Source of the DNA: Candidatus Zhuqueibacterota bacterium
GTDB taxonomy: Bacteria; Zhuqueibacterota; Zhuqueibacteria; Thermofontimicrobiales; Thiofontviventaceae
DNA length: 64,000 nt
NCBI GenBank assembly: GCA_036351795.1
Contig: JAZBPW010000114.1
Span: forward strand, 647-64,646
Direction of reading: 5' to 3'
Part shown: positions 35,813-44,259 of the stretch, piece after piece
Position numbering within the stretch: position 1 is the stretch's first letter
Layout: every line of letters begins with the position of its first letter
Notes under the pieces: generated by a model
The model's database searches: none
What the model was told of the DNA's origin: nothing
What the model saw: the letters and a program-made list of their open reading frames with translations, nothing else
Made by a program: the position numbers and the translations under genes

Positions 35813-37891
35813 CTAAATACTCAAGGTCTTCAACGACCATTTTGACGTGATAAAATCAAAGATCACGCGTGTCACAACGATCGCCGTGAACATGGATGCG
35901 ACGATGCCGATAGCCAGCGTCACAGCGAATCCGCGAATTGGGCCTGTACCAAACTGGTATAACACCAGTGCCGTCAACAACGTGGTGATATTCGCATCCA
36001 GAATTGTACTGAAAGCCCGCGCATAGCCGCTGTCGATGGATGCGCGAATCGTCTTGCCTGTTCTCAACTCTTCCCGGATCCTCTCGAAGATGAGCACGTT
36101 CGCATCTACTGCCATACCAATAGTAAGAATAATTCCCGCGACTCCGGGCAACGTCAGCGTAAAATGAAATGCCGCAAGGATCGCCAGCAGGAATATGATA
36201 TTCAAGACAAGCGCCACATCGGCGATGATCCCGGAGTACCTGTAATAAATCACCATGAATACGATGACGAGCAACAATCCAACGATTGCCGATGCCTGAC
36301 CCTTATTGATCGAATCCTGTCCGAGAGATGGTCCGACTGTCCTTTCCTCGATACTCTCCAGTTTTGCCGGCAAGGCGCCTGCGCGAAGGACGACGACGAG
36401 GTCCTTGGCTTCATCGATGTTGGCCATACCATCGATCCTGGCGTTCCCGTACGGGATACGTTCCTTGATCCTCGGGTGGGATGCGATTTTTTCATCCAAA
36501 ACAATGGCGAGATGCTTGCCGACATTCGCGCCGGTCACTCTTGAAAAGATCTTGGATCCCTCCGCGTTGAATGTCAGATGCACTTCCGACTGGCCGGCGG
36601 CGGACATGGCATCCCCTCCTCCGCCGGAAACCTGAACATCAGCGGCCTCCAGATATTCACCGGTGAGCTCGGGTTCACTCTTGACCATCAGCAGATAATA
36701 ATATTCCTTTTCTTCGGTCACCATTGGTTCCGATTTGCTGGACCATAGAAACTCCGAATCACCGGGGATTACTTCCTTGACTTCGGGATAATTCAGTATG
36801 CGATTAATGATCGGAATATTCTGCTTGGGCGCCGCCATCAGATTATTGACATTGCCAAAAAGCGACAAAAAGGGATTCTCTTCGAACATCTTTTTATCAA
36901 CTGATATCGTTGTATCCTCTCCCAGGGAGTCCGCCTCCTCGACGTCCTCTCCAAATAATTCAGCGAGATCGACTTCTTCATCGTCCCGCATCTTTTTTTC
37001 AGCCGCAGCGGCACTGTCCACAGGACTCTGTTCCAGAGATCCCAGCATTGTCGTATCCAGTTCCCCGTATTTACGCCGTTTTACAATCTTGTCGATCTTT
37101 TGAACGATACTCCATGTATCTTCCCATTCACGCACCAGTTTGAATTCGAGAAGCGCTGTCTTTCCAATAATCTTCTTTGCTCGTCCCACATCCTGAATAC
37201 CTGCCAGCTCAACGACGATTCGACGAGAGCCCTGCTTCTGGATGGATGGTTCGGAAACGCCAAACTGGTCGATACGGTTACGCAAAACCTCGAGGCTGCG
37301 GTTAATCGCATCTTCCGCCTCTTTCTTCAGATCGGTCAGAATTTTCCTGTTTGAATCACCCTTTTTGCCGAAATATTCATTGAGCGATTTTTCTTCGCTA
37401 CTGATTTTCGATTCGAGCACATCAAAAAACTCAAGATCTTCCTGTTTCGCCTCGCGGTCCACTTCCTGTATCAGACGTTCAAAATCAGCATCTTTTGATT
37501 TGGCAACATTATTGATAAATTCCTGAAAATCGACTTCATATACCAGATACGTACCACCCTGCAAGTCCAGCCCTCTCTTGATCGCCTTTGTCGATGTATT
37601 ATCAACTTTATCGTTCACTCCGACAAGCTTCTCCGCGAGCGCAAGAACCTGTGACAGGCTATCGGGCGACATTGATCTCGATTTTTTTCGTAAATAGCTG
37701 TCCAAACTCTCTTCAATCAAAGCAGCCCTGATCTCATCGGGGGACACCGGCGCCATCTCAGAAATTTGCTCTATGTAAGATGCCTCTTTATCCTTCAAAT
37801 TCTGCAGATTAAAGGTCGGATATAACTGCCATAAAGCAACCAACACAAGAAATATTATGAGCATTGCTCTATAAATGATTTTTCGCTGCAT
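35813..37891 (-). CDS. secD: Protein translocase subunit SecD (long form, 692 aa)
   Basis: GLDLQGGTYLVYEV, a large periplasmic insert, and C-terminal TM bundle blocks LPGVAGIILTIGMAVDANVLIFERIREE. Confidence 0.9.
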   Translation of the reverse strand: MQRKIIYRAMLIIFLVLVALWQLYPTFNLQNLKDKEASYIEQISEMAPVSPDEIRAALIEESLDSYLRKKSRSMSPDSLSQVLALAEKLVGVNDKVDNTSTKAIKRGLDLQGGTYLVYEVDFQEFINNVAKSKDADFERLIQEVDREAKQEDLEFFDVLESKISSEEKSLNEYFGKKGDSNRKILTDLKKEAEDAINRSLEVLRNRIDQFGVSEPSIQKQGSRRIVVELAGIQDVGRAKKIIGKTALLEFKLVREWEDTWSIVQKIDKIVKRRKYGELDTTMLGSLEQSPVDSAAAAEKKMRDDEEVDLAELFGEDVEEADSLGEDTTISVDKKMFEENPFLSLFGNVNNLMAAPKQNIPIINRILNYPEVKEVIPGDSEFLWSSKSEPMVTEEKEYYYLLMVKSEPELTGEYLEAADVQVSGGGGDAMSAAGQSEVHLTFNAEGSKIFSRVTGANVGKHLAIVLDEKIASHPRIKERIPYGNARIDGMANIDEAKDLVVVLRAGALPAKLESIEERTVGPSLGQDSINKGQASAIVGLLLVIVFMVIYYRYSGIIADVALVLNIIFLLAILAAFHFTLTLPGVAGIILTIGMAVDANVLIFERIREELRTGKTIRASIDSGYARAFSTILDANITTLLTALVLYQFGTGPIRGFAVTLAIGIVASMFTAIVVTRVIFDFITSKWSLKTLSI

Positions 37892-37980
37892 CTAACGTCC
37901 ACCTCCATTAAAAACTTGGCTTTATAAAATTAGAATAAACTGAAATATAACTTTTTTAGCGCTAAAAGTCAATAGAAATT

Positions 37981-39477
37981 TCAAAACCCGTCTTCATACT
38001 TCTCTTTGAATGACATGATACTGTTGAAAATGGCACGCGCCATCTTCTTTTGGAATGATCTGGTCGTTAGTTTGGCTTCATCCTGTCTGTTTGAAAGGAA
38101 TGCTGTTTCGATGAGGATGTTCGGCATGGATGCGTTCCACAGCACAACAAAACCGGCTTGTCTTACACCCCTGTCCTTGAGTCCGCAGTGCCCGGAGATC
38201 TCCTTCTGAACGATAGCAGCGAAATCCTGGCTCTCCCTCGCGTACATATTCTGTGCCATGGACGAAAGGATGAAATTTTCATGGGACAAATCCGCGTAGT
38301 TCTCTTCATTCTCATATTTTATTACCGAATTTTCCAGCAATGCCACTTCACGCGCCTCTTCCGTGTTACCAATTCCCAGAAAATAGGTGCTCACACCATC
38401 AAGCCCTCTGTTGTTATTCGAATTGGCGTGAATACTGATGAAGAGCTTCGCCTCTTTGCTATTTGCCAGTTCCGCCCGCTTCTTGAGTTCAACGAATGTA
38501 TCGTCGTCACGTGTCATCAGCACATCAATGTCGGATTCCCGTTCCAGGATTCTTCTCAACTCCCTGGAAATCGCCAGGACGACATTCTTCTCATAAGTGC
38601 CTCTGGTACCGATGGCTCCCGGATCCTTGCCTCCATGACCGGGATCGATGACGATTCGGTCGATGAGCCATTTCTTTTTCTCCTGCTCCAACGCGTTATT
38701 GATATCCACAGACACATCGTCTCTCGTTTTCAAAGATAGCAGGATATAGTCGGGATCATCGAGAAAGAGTTGTTTCTCAATGATCGGTTTCCGCAATCGA
38801 AATCCAATTTGAGTCATTTCCGGTGTGAGTTGCAGTGGCATGATACTGGCCACCAGACCCTTCTTAATATTTCTTGCGATGGATTCGACATCAATGATTC
38901 CACCGTATATATCCACATAAAGCCATCCATGCCTGTCCCTTGTTCTGACCTCATTTGACGTGAACTGCTTTGATACGGCTATTTTGATCAGTGTGCCGTT
39001 GGCTTTTTCTTCAAACTCTATCTTCTTAACATTGACGTACGAAGATGGCCTGATGTCAATACGTTCCTTGCTGGCATGGATCGCGATATTGTCCGGGATA
39101 ATATCCCTTATGATATCGAAGAATTCGAATATAGGAACATAGATCACATCGCCCACCTGAATTGTTTCAACGCTCAATTGAAAAACATCGTCGCCAACCA
39201 CTACAAACGGATTGAAAGCCGTAACCTTTACACTCCTTTCCTCAATATAGATGACGACCTTTCTCACCTTGCCACTGTAGAAGCTGCGAACCTTCAGTAA
39301 ATCAACGATGTCATCAACAGATATAAACAGGATGTCGTGATATGTTTTAATGCTTAATTGCGGATCATTCAGGGAGGCTGTCTGAAAATAGATCGATTGG
39401 CCGTCGGCCTGGACCACCTTCATAGAAGACAATATGGCAATGCACGAAATAATCAGGTATTTACAGAATTTCCTCAT
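37981..39477 (-). CDS. N-acetylmuramoyl-L-alanine amidase (Amidase_3/AmiC-like) with N-terminal accessory domains
   Basis: Signal peptide, then IVIDPGHGGKDPGAIG and ISIHANS zinc-amidase blocks in the C-terminal half. Confidence 0.85.
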   Translation of the reverse strand: MRKFCKYLIISCIAILSSMKVVQADGQSIYFQTASLNDPQLSIKTYHDILFISVDDIVDLLKVRSFYSGKVRKVVIYIEERSVKVTAFNPFVVVGDDVFQLSVETIQVGDVIYVPIFEFFDIIRDIIPDNIAIHASKERIDIRPSSYVNVKKIEFEEKANGTLIKIAVSKQFTSNEVRTRDRHGWLYVDIYGGIIDVESIARNIKKGLVASIMPLQLTPEMTQIGFRLRKPIIEKQLFLDDPDYILLSLKTRDDVSVDINNALEQEKKKWLIDRIVIDPGHGGKDPGAIGTRGTYEKNVVLAISRELRRILERESDIDVLMTRDDDTFVELKKRAELANSKEAKLFISIHANSNNNRGLDGVSTYFLGIGNTEEAREVALLENSVIKYENEENYADLSHENFILSSMAQNMYARESQDFAAIVQKEISGHCGLKDRGVRQAGFVVLWNASMPNILIETAFLSNRQDEAKLTTRSFQKKMARAIFNSIMSFKEKYEDGF

Positions 39478-39499
39478 ATTGAATACAGTTTGAATACAG

Positions 39500-40306
39500 T
39501 TATCCTTGCGCGAAATGATCGCTGGCGTCTCTTAATATTTTCTTTTCTTCATCGGTCAGTTTCTCATAGCCCACATCATTTATTTTGTCCAGAATCCTGT
39601 CGACTTCTCTTCGCATGTCTTTTTCCTCGGGGTCTTCGCGCACAACGGACATATTTTTTTTCTTCCCGGATCTGCCACTGAACATCGAACTGAGCGAGTT
39701 CAGACGGTAGCCGAATTTCAGATACAGATATCCGACCAGCATTCCACCCAGATGCGCGAAGTGTGCTGTCCCGTCCTCACGACCTGTAAATCCGAAAACG
39801 ATCTCAAGGAATACGAAGATAAGCATCCAGTATTTCGCCTTGAGTGTGATAAAAAACGGGAATAGCATGATCTGCCGGTTGGGATAGATCATGGCGAACG
39901 CCACAAGCACACCGAAGGTAGCGGCAGATGCGCCCAGTGTTACCGAATTCAAAGCGAATATCATCTGCAGCAATCCGCCGCCGATACCACAGGCGAAGTA
40001 AAACTTCATAAACTCCCTGTACCCGAATTTCCGTTCCACCTCACAGCCGAACATCCACAGGATAAACATATTCAGCAGAATATGCCAGAATCCGCCATGC
40101 AGGAACATGTAGGTGAACAACTGCCAGACAAATAGTTTTGAAATGACGTTTCTGGGATAGAGCGCAAATAACTGGATGATGATATCGCCGAATATCAATT
40201 GAACGAAATAGACGATTGCATTGGCCATCAGGAGATACTTGACGGCCTGCGTGATATTACTGCCGCCAAAACCAAATCGATATTGCGGGGTTTGATAATA
40301 GTTCAT
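39500..40306 (-). CDS. Rhomboid-family intramembrane serine protease
   Basis: HGGFWHILLNM, the GASAATFG catalytic-Ser block and the HFAHLGGMLVGY His block. Confidence 0.85.
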   Translation of the reverse strand: MNYYQTPQYRFGFGGSNITQAVKYLLMANAIVYFVQLIFGDIIIQLFALYPRNVISKLFVWQLFTYMFLHGGFWHILLNMFILWMFGCEVERKFGYREFMKFYFACGIGGGLLQMIFALNSVTLGASAATFGVLVAFAMIYPNRQIMLFPFFITLKAKYWMLIFVFLEIVFGFTGREDGTAHFAHLGGMLVGYLYLKFGYRLNSLSSMFSGRSGKKKNMSVVREDPEEKDMRREVDRILDKINDVGYEKLTDEEKKILRDASDHFAQG

Positions 40307-40376
40307 GATGTGATTCAGAAAATCGCGGATGTCATGTTTTCATCGCGACATCCGCGTCTGTTGAACTCCAATGCGT

Positions 40377-41009
40377 TTATAAAATACCTATTCTGACGCC
40401 GGTACGAATACCGAAGCCGGATGGATTGACTTTATATGAGAGATTCTCTTTTTTCCGGCTCAATTCGGAACTGTCGTAAAATGCTTCAAGAAGCAGTGAA
40501 GACCGGGAACCCAGCTTGTACATGAAACCGCCGGTGATCATCCATCGAAATCCACGATAGAATCTGGATTTTGTACCGGTTTTTTCTCCAGTGGTGCTGT
40601 ACTCACTCTCTTTTGTCCATAGCAGACCATATCCAGCGCCTCCGCCGACTGTATAAAACAGATCATAGGAAGCGGGAATCTTGACATTGATCAAAGCAGT
40701 GATGGGGATGAGAGTCAGTGATGATTCAGAATCCAGATATGATTCTTTCTCAGTGATCCCGCCGATAGTCTCGCTGCCGGTGACAACCTCTTTTTTATTG
40801 CCTCCTGTAAAAAAGTCGACCCCGAGACCGACATCCACTCTCTCGTCTACGGCGCTGCCGAGTGTTCCTCCGACGATCAAGCCGCCATTTGCATCCTTCG
40901 GTCCAAAGTAGCCTATCTTCAAATTAGTGACACCATAACGCTGTTGTGCAAAAGGCACCGACGTGAACGCAAGCAAAATCACTAAAAGCAACGGGATTGA
41001 TTTTGACAT
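40377..41009 (-). CDS. Small outer-membrane beta-barrel protein
   Basis: Signal peptide MSKSIPLLLVILLAFTSVPFAQ, a Gly/aromatic-rich alternating pattern. 210 aa. Confidence 0.6.
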   Translation of the reverse strand: MSKSIPLLLVILLAFTSVPFAQQRYGVTNLKIGYFGPKDANGGLIVGGTLGSAVDERVDVGLGVDFFTGGNKKEVVTGSETIGGITEKESYLDSESSLTLIPITALINVKIPASYDLFYTVGGGAGYGLLWTKESEYSTTGEKTGTKSRFYRGFRWMITGGFMYKLGSRSSLLLEAFYDSSELSRKKENLSYKVNPSGFGIRTGVRIGIL

Positions 41010-41146
41010 GATTTGTCTCCTCAGATTAAACTTTCATTTTATTAATTTTAAATGAAAAAGTCAAGCGAAAATTGACCGATACCAGGTGTTATGCCAACAA
41101 CTATTAAACGAATCAAAAGACGAAAAGTTGTCATTTGTGAATAATA

Positions 41147-41233
41147 TCTCCGCTTACTGCCAACCGAAGCCCACTAGCTTCCATCGCCAGCCACGGTTGC
41201 CGCAGTTGTGAAGATTCAAAGCCAAGCGGTGGG
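41147..41233. other. GC-rich nested-helix element in an otherwise AT-rich spacer (function unknown)
   Basis: P1 is CCGCTT(41150-55)/AAGCGG(41224-29). P2 is ACTGCCAACCG(41156-66)/CGGTTGccGCAGT(41194-206), 11 bp with a 2-nt bulge. Confidence 0.25.
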
Positions 41234-41268
41234 ATTTGTTCATGCATATGTCTCGAGGAAATGCAGAA

Positions 41269-42126
41269 TTACTCGAGATAAGACCTCAGCGTCTTGCTCC
41301 TGGAGGCATGCCTCAATCTTCTGAGCGCTTTCTCTTTTATCTGCCTTACCCTTTCCCGGGTCAATTCGAATTTTTCTCCGATTTCTTCGAGCGTGAAAGG
41401 CGTTTCCTGATCCAGCCCATAGTACAGACGAATAACCTCAGCTTCGCGATCATCGAGCGTATCCAAAGCTCTTCTCAGCTCTATTTTCAGAGATTCATCC
41501 ATGAGGACATTGTCGGGTGATGGCTGCGCCTCATCCTGAATGATATCGAGAAGCCTGTTCTCTTCATCCTGGTTGAACGGCGCGTCTAATGATAGCTGTT
41601 TGTTCGCGAACTTGAGCGCCTTTACCACCTCCCCGCCGCTCATTTTCAACGAAGATGCAATCTCTTCATGAGACGGTTCGCGTTCAAATTCCTGCTCCAG
41701 GATACTGAATGCCTTACCGATCTTATTGATCATTCCGAGACGATTGAGAGGCAGTCTGACGACGCGGCACTGCTCCGCCAAAGCCTGAAGTATCGACTGC
41801 CTGATCCACCAGACTGCATAAGAAATAAATTTAAATCCTTTATTCTCATCAAATCGGCTTGCGGCCTTGATAAGCCCAAGATTGCCTTCGTTTATCAGGT
41901 CTCCAAGCGTCAATCCCTGATTCTGATACTGTTTGGCAATACTGACGACGAATCGAAGATTCGCCTTGGTCAATTTTTCCAGAGCCTCATCATCGCCTTT
42001 TTTGATTCTTTTGACGAGCTCAATTTCATCCGAGGGTGCCAGCAGAGATTCGCTTCCGATTTCATACAGATACTGACTGAGAGATCGATTCAAATTACCT
42101 TGGGAGCGAGGGGTCTTCTTTGCCAT
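41269..42126 (-). CDS. rpoD: RpoD/SigA-family sigma-70 factor (short, 285 aa; probably the primary sigma)
   Basis: Regions 2-4 are recognisable ([50 protein letters not shown]). It lacks a long region 1.1, as in Bacteroidetes-type sigma-A. Confidence 0.8.
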   Translation of the reverse strand: MAKKTPRSQGNLNRSLSQYLYEIGSESLLAPSDEIELVKRIKKGDDEALEKLTKANLRFVVSIAKQYQNQGLTLGDLINEGNLGLIKAASRFDENKGFKFISYAVWWIRQSILQALAEQCRVVRLPLNRLGMINKIGKAFSILEQEFEREPSHEEIASSLKMSGGEVVKALKFANKQLSLDAPFNQDEENRLLDIIQDEAQPSPDNVLMDESLKIELRRALDTLDDREAEVIRLYYGLDQETPFTLEEIGEKFELTRERVRQIKEKALRRLRHASRSKTLRSYLE

Positions 42127-42411
42127 AAAGCCGTTCTGCCTTATACGATTTGGCCTGAATTACCATGAAGTCACCCGAGTCTGCATGCTTTCATTGTGTT
42201 TTTTAAATGATGTAATGCTTTGAGTCCACCCGGGGTATCAAAACATGTGTTCCATTCAGGCCATCCTGACGCTGATTACCAGTCCATTCGTCGAACAGTA
42301 AGAAACGAATATACAACTTTTTCAAATTCATGTCAACCGCATTTTACTCTTTTTTATTTCTACAGCACAGGAACAAGAAATCAGGTTAATTTTACAACAT
42401 CACTTTTTACC

Positions 42412-42440
42412 TTGACAAATATAAAAATGATTTATATATT
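42412..42440 (+). promoter_or_regulatory. Consensus sigma-70 promoter (TTGACA-17-TATATT) of the SPT-like gene
   Basis: TTGACA at 42412-17 and TATATT at 42435-40. It lies inside the upstream extension of the ORF-track frame, which supports the GTG start at 42478. Confidence 0.5.
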
Positions 42441-42477
42441 TTACAAAATCATCCAGAACTACCATTGGGGTGCCAAC

Positions 42478-43665
42478 GTGGATATATTTGAGAAATGTTA
42501 TAATTATACCAGAGCTGAAGAGGCAAAAAAAGCGGGCTATTATCCATACTTTAAAGCGATTCAATCCGGGGCTGGGTCCACTGTGATGATCGATGGTCGT
42601 AAGTTCATCATGATCGGGTCAAACAACTACCTCGGGTTAACCCAGGATCCACGTATCATACAGGCAGCCACAGATGCCCTGCATCAATTCGGTTCCGGCT
42701 GTACAGGTTCGAGATTTTTAAATGGCACATTGTCTTTACATGAAGAGCTCGAAGACAAGCTTGCTAATTTTGTCCACAAAGAAGCAGCGATTGTTTTTTC
42801 AACTGGCTTTCAAACAAATCTCGGCACGATTTCCACTATTGCATCGAAAAACGACCTGATCTTTTCGGACAGGACCAATCATGCCAGCATCGTCGATGGC
42901 TGCAGGCTTGCTCTGGGCAAAGTCATCAAATTCAAACACAACGACATGAAAGATCTGGACCGTGCGCTGGGATCCAATGGCTCTGATTCAACCGGAAAGG
43001 TCATCGTTGCCGACGGTGTATTCAGCATGGAGGGAGATATTATCAACCTTCCGGAAATGGTACCAATCGCAAAAAAACATAACGCGAGGATCATGATCGA
43101 TGACGCGCACTCTATCGGTGTTCTGGGCAAAGGCGGAAGAGGCACTGGTGAGCATTTCGATCTCGAAGACGATATCGACCTCATCATGGGTACTTTCAGC
43201 AAATCATTCGCTTCACTCGGCGGATTCATCGCGGGTGAAAAAAGAGTGGTTGAATATATCAAACACAATGCCAGATCTCTCATCTTTTCAGCATCGATGC
43301 CGCCAACCGCAGTTGCAACGGTTCTCAAGGCTGTCGAAATTCTTGAATCAGAACCCGAACGTATCGAAAAATTATGGAGAAATGCCGAAAAGATGCGGAA
43401 AGGATTCAATGAGATGGGTTTTGATACGGGTAGTTCAGAATCTCCAATCATCCCCGTCGTGATCGGCGATGATATGACGACATTCTATTTCTGGCGACTC
43501 CTGTTCGATAACTGCATTTTCACGAATCCGGTCATCAGCCCTGCTGTCGAACCCGGAAGAGCGATGCTGAGGACCAGTTACATGGCGACACACGAGGATG
43601 ATGAACTCGATCAGGTTTTAGACATTTTTCATAAAGTGGGAAAAGAGGTTGGATTGATAACATGA
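42478..43665 (+). CDS. Alpha-oxoamine synthase, serine-palmitoyltransferase-like
   Basis: GTG at 42478 preceded by GGGGTG, giving 395 aa. It is collinear with Bacteroides/Sphingomonas SPT blocks (YPYF.., GSGCTGSRFLNGT, VFSTGF, DGVFSMEGD, GTFSKSFASLGGFIA). Confidence 0.75.
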   Translation: MDIFEKCYNYTRAEEAKKAGYYPYFKAIQSGAGSTVMIDGRKFIMIGSNNYLGLTQDPRIIQAATDALHQFGSGCTGSRFLNGTLSLHEELEDKLANFVHKEAAIVFSTGFQTNLGTISTIASKNDLIFSDRTNHASIVDGCRLALGKVIKFKHNDMKDLDRALGSNGSDSTGKVIVADGVFSMEGDIINLPEMVPIAKKHNARIMIDDAHSIGVLGKGGRGTGEHFDLEDDIDLIMGTFSKSFASLGGFIAGEKRVVEYIKHNARSLIFSASMPPTAVATVLKAVEILESEPERIEKLWRNAEKMRKGFNEMGFDTGSSESPIIPVVIGDDMTTFYFWRLLFDNCIFTNPVISPAVEPGRAMLRTSYMATHEDDELDQVLDIFHKVGKEVGLIT

Positions 43666-43717
43666 GAAAACTGTGATAATTGTCCTTTGTAACAATATTG
43701 GTTACACCTTACACCAC

Positions 43718-43751
43718 AGCTCCGGTGCACGATGACGCCGGAGCTTTTTTA
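43718..43751 (+). terminator. Intrinsic terminator after the SPT-like gene
   Basis: AGCTCCGG(43718-25)/CCGGAGCT(43738-45) followed by a T-run. Confidence 0.8.
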
Positions 43752-43780
43752 TTGACTTTCGCTCATTTTTGTTTTATCTT
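43752..43780 (+). promoter_or_regulatory. Promoter candidate (TTGACT-17-TATCTT)
   Basis: Hexamers at 43752-57 and 43775-80, upstream of the lipoprotein/S8 protease pair. Confidence 0.35.
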
Positions 43781-43870
43781 AATTCAGATGACAGATGCCA
43801 CAGCAAGACACATTGAATGATGCTGTCGATTCCGGGAATAACATCAATTGAAACAAAAAAGGACAAGACC

Positions 43871-44236
43871 ATGCGATACTATTTGTTGACTATATTATGC
43901 ATACTCTTCCTATTCAGTGGCTGCAAAGACGCTGAGGTCGAGGAGAAGATCGAACCAAAGCTGAAAGCGCACTTGATGCAGATGAAAGAGAGCAATCGGC
44001 TGGATGAACGTGTGACCATTCTATTCAAGATCAATGAGGAGTTGACAGATCTGCATAAGGAAGTTATGAAGGATAAAGGTGTCGAAATCAGCGCCAATAT
44101 CGGCGATATCTATACAGCGACGATACCAGCCAAATCGATGTACTCCTTTGCGAAATTCCGTTTTGTGGATTACATTCAAGGGCAGACACTTCACAAAGCT
44201 CATCCCGCAGACTCTACAATAAACAAAATCAGATAA
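43871..44236 (+). CDS. Lipoprotein paralogous to the N-terminal propeptide-like domain of the adjacent S8 protease
   Basis: MRYYLLTILCILFLFSGC lipobox. KIEPKLKAHL...GVEISANIGDIYTATIPAKSMYSFAKFRFVDYIQG aligns with KIDPWLRNMI...GMDVRARIGDIATASIPIAEIPRLAELDEVTYIQA of the next ORF. Confidence 0.7.
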   Translation: MRYYLLTILCILFLFSGCKDAEVEEKIEPKLKAHLMQMKESNRLDERVTILFKINEELTDLHKEVMKDKGVEISANIGDIYTATIPAKSMYSFAKFRFVDYIQGQTLHKAHPADSTINKIR

Positions 44237-44259
44237 TAATCCCTTCAGGAGAAAAGATC

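Noticed and set aside
42220-42477. 86-codon N-terminal extension of the SPT-like ORF in the track
   Set aside because: The extension contains the TTGACA-17-TATATT promoter (42412-42440) and is low-complexity. Homologous SPTs begin near the GTG at 42478, which has a G-rich SD.
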